This document shows, in pieces, positions 61,037 to 64,000 of a DNA stretch of 64,000 bases; positions within the stretch are counted from its first letter, which is position 1, and each line of letters opens with the position of its first letter. The notes below the pieces were generated by a model, which was not told the origin of the DNA, ran no database searches, and saw nothing but the letters and a program-made list of their open reading frames with translations. This DNA is from Trichodelitschia bisporula (Eukaryota), in the NCBI GenBank assembly GCA_010356995.1, contig ML996703.1:620001-684000 (forward strand), given 5' to 3'. A program made the position numbers and the translations under genes.

Positions 61037-62959
61037 GGCCCTGGAAGGCCGGGCTCAAGACAAGTTCGAGTAGAAAGAGTCGCCTACGCCAGGTCCGCGG
61101 GCGCACTTATGTAGAGGGGACTATGGTTCCATGGCTTCGGGGGGGGGGGGGGAGAGAAAGCAGGATTATTGAGGGAGAGGGGGTGCTTTGGGGGGGGAGG
61201 AAAGGTGGTAGGGAAACGAAGCAAAAGGAATCCCGAGGCTCTCCTCACGTCGTTCGAGCTGTTCGAGGCTTTTGAGAGGCATCAAGGGTCCGGATGGATG
61301 ATAAGAGGGGCAAAGAAGGCAGAATTGCAAGGTGGAGGTCATTCCGCGGGGTGGGGGGATAAAGGGCTTAATACATTCTGGGTCTTTACGGTGGTGACGA
61401 AAGAAGTGAGGCGGACGACTTCCAGCGATGATTGCCGGGGGGAGGATGCAACCACAAAGGGTTGGTGGAGAAAGTCGTGTCCTGCAAGTTTACCAAAACT
61501 ATGGCAATCGACATGGCCATGACTTCTTTTGGGGGGGGGGGATGTGAGGCGACCAGTTGTTGAACAAGTGGCGAGCCAGCGGACAGGGCGTCATGCTCCA
61601 TTGTTCGGCCACAGTGCTGCTCTCTGCCTCGTCACACTCCCATTATTCGCAATCACTGCCCCCTTCCTTGGTCATGAAGCTTCAAGTTGTGAACCGCAGT
61701 CACTACGAGTACCGTACGGATGTACCGTACAGGACTTTGAAACACAGCGGCGGTTGCTCATGGCGAACGGCGAGTCTATCCAAAAGGCAAAACGATCTCT
61801 CAAAGCCATTCACTTCCAACTCCCCTTCTAGGACACGCAAAGGCTGATCCTGACGTCGAGGCACGCTTGCACCTCCAGGTATCGGGTATCAGGTAGCAGG
61901 AACCTTTAGTGACCTACGTTGCGTACGTAGTAAATCTTCTCCCGTAAGCTACGTGCTTACCACAAGTACTTTCCCTAGCTTGTCGTGTGGATCGCTCAGC
62001 TGGCGTACTGTATTAGCTGTCTAATGTGTAGATGTAGTCTCAAGGCGACTCTGCCCTCTTTATACGGATCTGCCGGTAGCTTGTTGTTGATCAGCTCTTA
62101 CATCCGTACTTTATTGCCAACACCGCCAGCCCTCCGCTAAGCCACGATCGCTGCCATGTCTGCGTGTTCCTCCTTCTTCCAGTCCGCAGCCGGGCAAAGT
62201 ATGTACGTAGTAGTTCTAGTGCGTATCCTAAAGCTACTGCACCACTAGTCTACACGGCTCCACCATCCCCCTCACGCGGGGGACATGAATGGATGGTGCA
62301 CACAAGCCGCTTCATCGCTGTACGCAACGTAGACCAACGGTTCTGCGACGACAGTATGATTACAAGCAAGTGATAGAGAAAACGCGTAAACTCGGTCTGC
62401 GGATACACTTTCAATGCATACATCCGTATGCCTAAAAAGGTTGTTAAACTGCTGTACCTTGTTGCGAGTTGATATCCTTTCCTGAATCCAAAAGCTACTG
62501 CACATAGTAGTACTGCGCTACCCCCAAGGGCCATGCGCAAAAGTCATGGCCGCACCGTCAGAGGGTCTTTGCGGACAGGGTCGGCTACGAGATGTTCGGG
62601 TGGCCGTTGCCTTCTGGCCCCCTCAATGCCAAGCACTCTCCGTCAGCCAACAGTCCCAGCGCCAGGCAACTCGTCCCCACATCTTCAACAAACCCCCCCC
62701 CCAAAACTGTCAACCACGACCTGCCCGAACCAGCTCTGCCTGTCTCCAATCCCTTTCGTTCTCCATCGCCTTGCATACCGAGCGCACCGCATCTACTTCC
62801 ACACTCCCACTATTCCTCTACCCCCAATCAAGGCGTTAGCTTGACCACCCCATCTCGGCCCTTCCGCGATATCAAACTTCAAAAGTAAAGCTCGTGGCTC
62901 TGGAAGCTCAGGAAACTACTTGAGAACACAGCTCAGCTAGCTCATAGCTTCCAATTATC

Positions 62960-64000
62960 ATGTCGTCCCTGAATCTCTCAACCAACGGTCCGTCAATCAC
63001 GCGAAGCTACCAGTCGATCGTCAACTCGTCCTTGCCGTCTGGCCCTGCTGCCTCGTCCCCGACCTACGGCCAGTGGGCGATTTATACCGTCCAAGCTCCA
63101 TTGGCCAACGCTTTTCAGCATGACACTGGCAAAGAAAGCGTACTGAAGCTTCAGACGACTGGAGGTAGGTTGACCCCTGACGCCGTAGCAGAGACGTAGC
63201 TCACCGTTGCCTAGAGGGTGAGCTGGCAGACCTTATCGAGGAATTCTCCGACGGCCGGATACACTTTGCCTTCGTTAAGGTTAAGGACCCCAACACAACT
63301 CTGCCCAAGTCTGTGCTGGTGGGATGGGTATGACTCTGTCTGTCCGGACACTGGTAACCTGGCTAATGATTTCAAGTGTGGCGAAGGTGTTCCTGAACGG
63401 ACTAAGGGTTACTTCACGAGCCATCTCGCTGCCGTCTCCAAGGTCCTGCATGTAGGTGGTCTCAAGGTAGCTTGCTTTTCTGAGCTAATGTGCTGCCTTA
63501 CTAGGGCTACCACGTCCAGGTCACAGCCCGCTCGGATAGAGATTTGACGCCCGAGTCTATTATCCAAAAGGTTGCCGATGCGTCGGGCTCAAAATACTCT
63601 GGTGGAGGGAATATCTCGTCCGGAGGCCCCCCTCCGCCCGTGGCTTCTAAGCCAGCATTTACGCCTACGCGAGTTGGGGGCGGAACGTCGTCCTTCAAGC
63701 CCCTCGGGGGCCGCGCGCGGCCAGCCGATGTCCCCGAGAATGTGGATTCTGATGGCTGGGGAGCTGATGCTCCGCCTGTCACGAGGAGCCAGCTCGAAAA
63801 AGTCGCTTCTGCGTACAAGCCGACCAAGGTCAATATCCGCGAGCTGGAGTCCCAATCTCAAGAACCCTCGCGCTATACCCCGCCGGCACCCAGCAATGGA
63901 AAGCCCGACGTGGTTAGAGGCGCATATCAGCCCATTGGGAAGCCTGACATTGCCGAGATCCGTCGGCAGGCCAGGGAATCGGGCAGTGCGAAGGACGACC
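62960..64000 (+). CDS. ABP1: actin-binding protein Abp1/AbpA (drebrin-like, N-terminal ADF-H domain), 5' part only
   Basis: MSSLNLSTNGPSITRSYQSIV...QWAIYTV...LKLQTTG|EGELADLIEEFSDGRIHFAFVKVKDPNTTLPKSVLVGW|CGEGVPERTKGYFTSH...|GYHVQVTARSDRDLTPESIIQKVADASGSKYS. Three introns; the frame is open to the window end. Confidence 0.92.

Overview
Genomic DNA of a filamentous ascomycete (Pezizomycotina), judged from short GT-AG introns with CTRAC branch points and the gene content. About 18 intron-containing or single-exon protein genes can be modelled by eye: HapB/NF-YA (partial), a Rei1/TRI15-like C2H2 protein, a Pro-rich orphan, a KLAP1-like (DUF7896-type) zinc-finger protein, a Pro-rich Cys-motif orphan, STT3, a secreted S8 subtilisin, monothiol glutaredoxin Grx3/4, RPF2, MTD1, MMS19/MET18, mitochondrial mL54, a Ser/Thr-rich single-pass membrane protein, a DUF1776 protein, a Dsf2/Nif1-like Sel1-repeat protein, a GprM-like 7TM receptor, an F-box protein and ABP1 (partial). 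I saw no tRNA, rRNA, CRISPR or recognisable transposon. The unexplained signal lies in three long gene-free intervals (~0.9-6.5 kb, ~7.8-14.9 kb, ~48.8-54.4 kb). The best lead is a heavily self-complementary ~2.5 kb tract with a telomere-template-like 9-mer directly after a helix, an unconfirmed telomerase RNA candidate. Other leads are a second GC-rich structured island, a CCAAT cluster upstream of hapB and an over-represented intergenic motif (GTACCGTA). All family assignments are from motif recognition, not from database searches.
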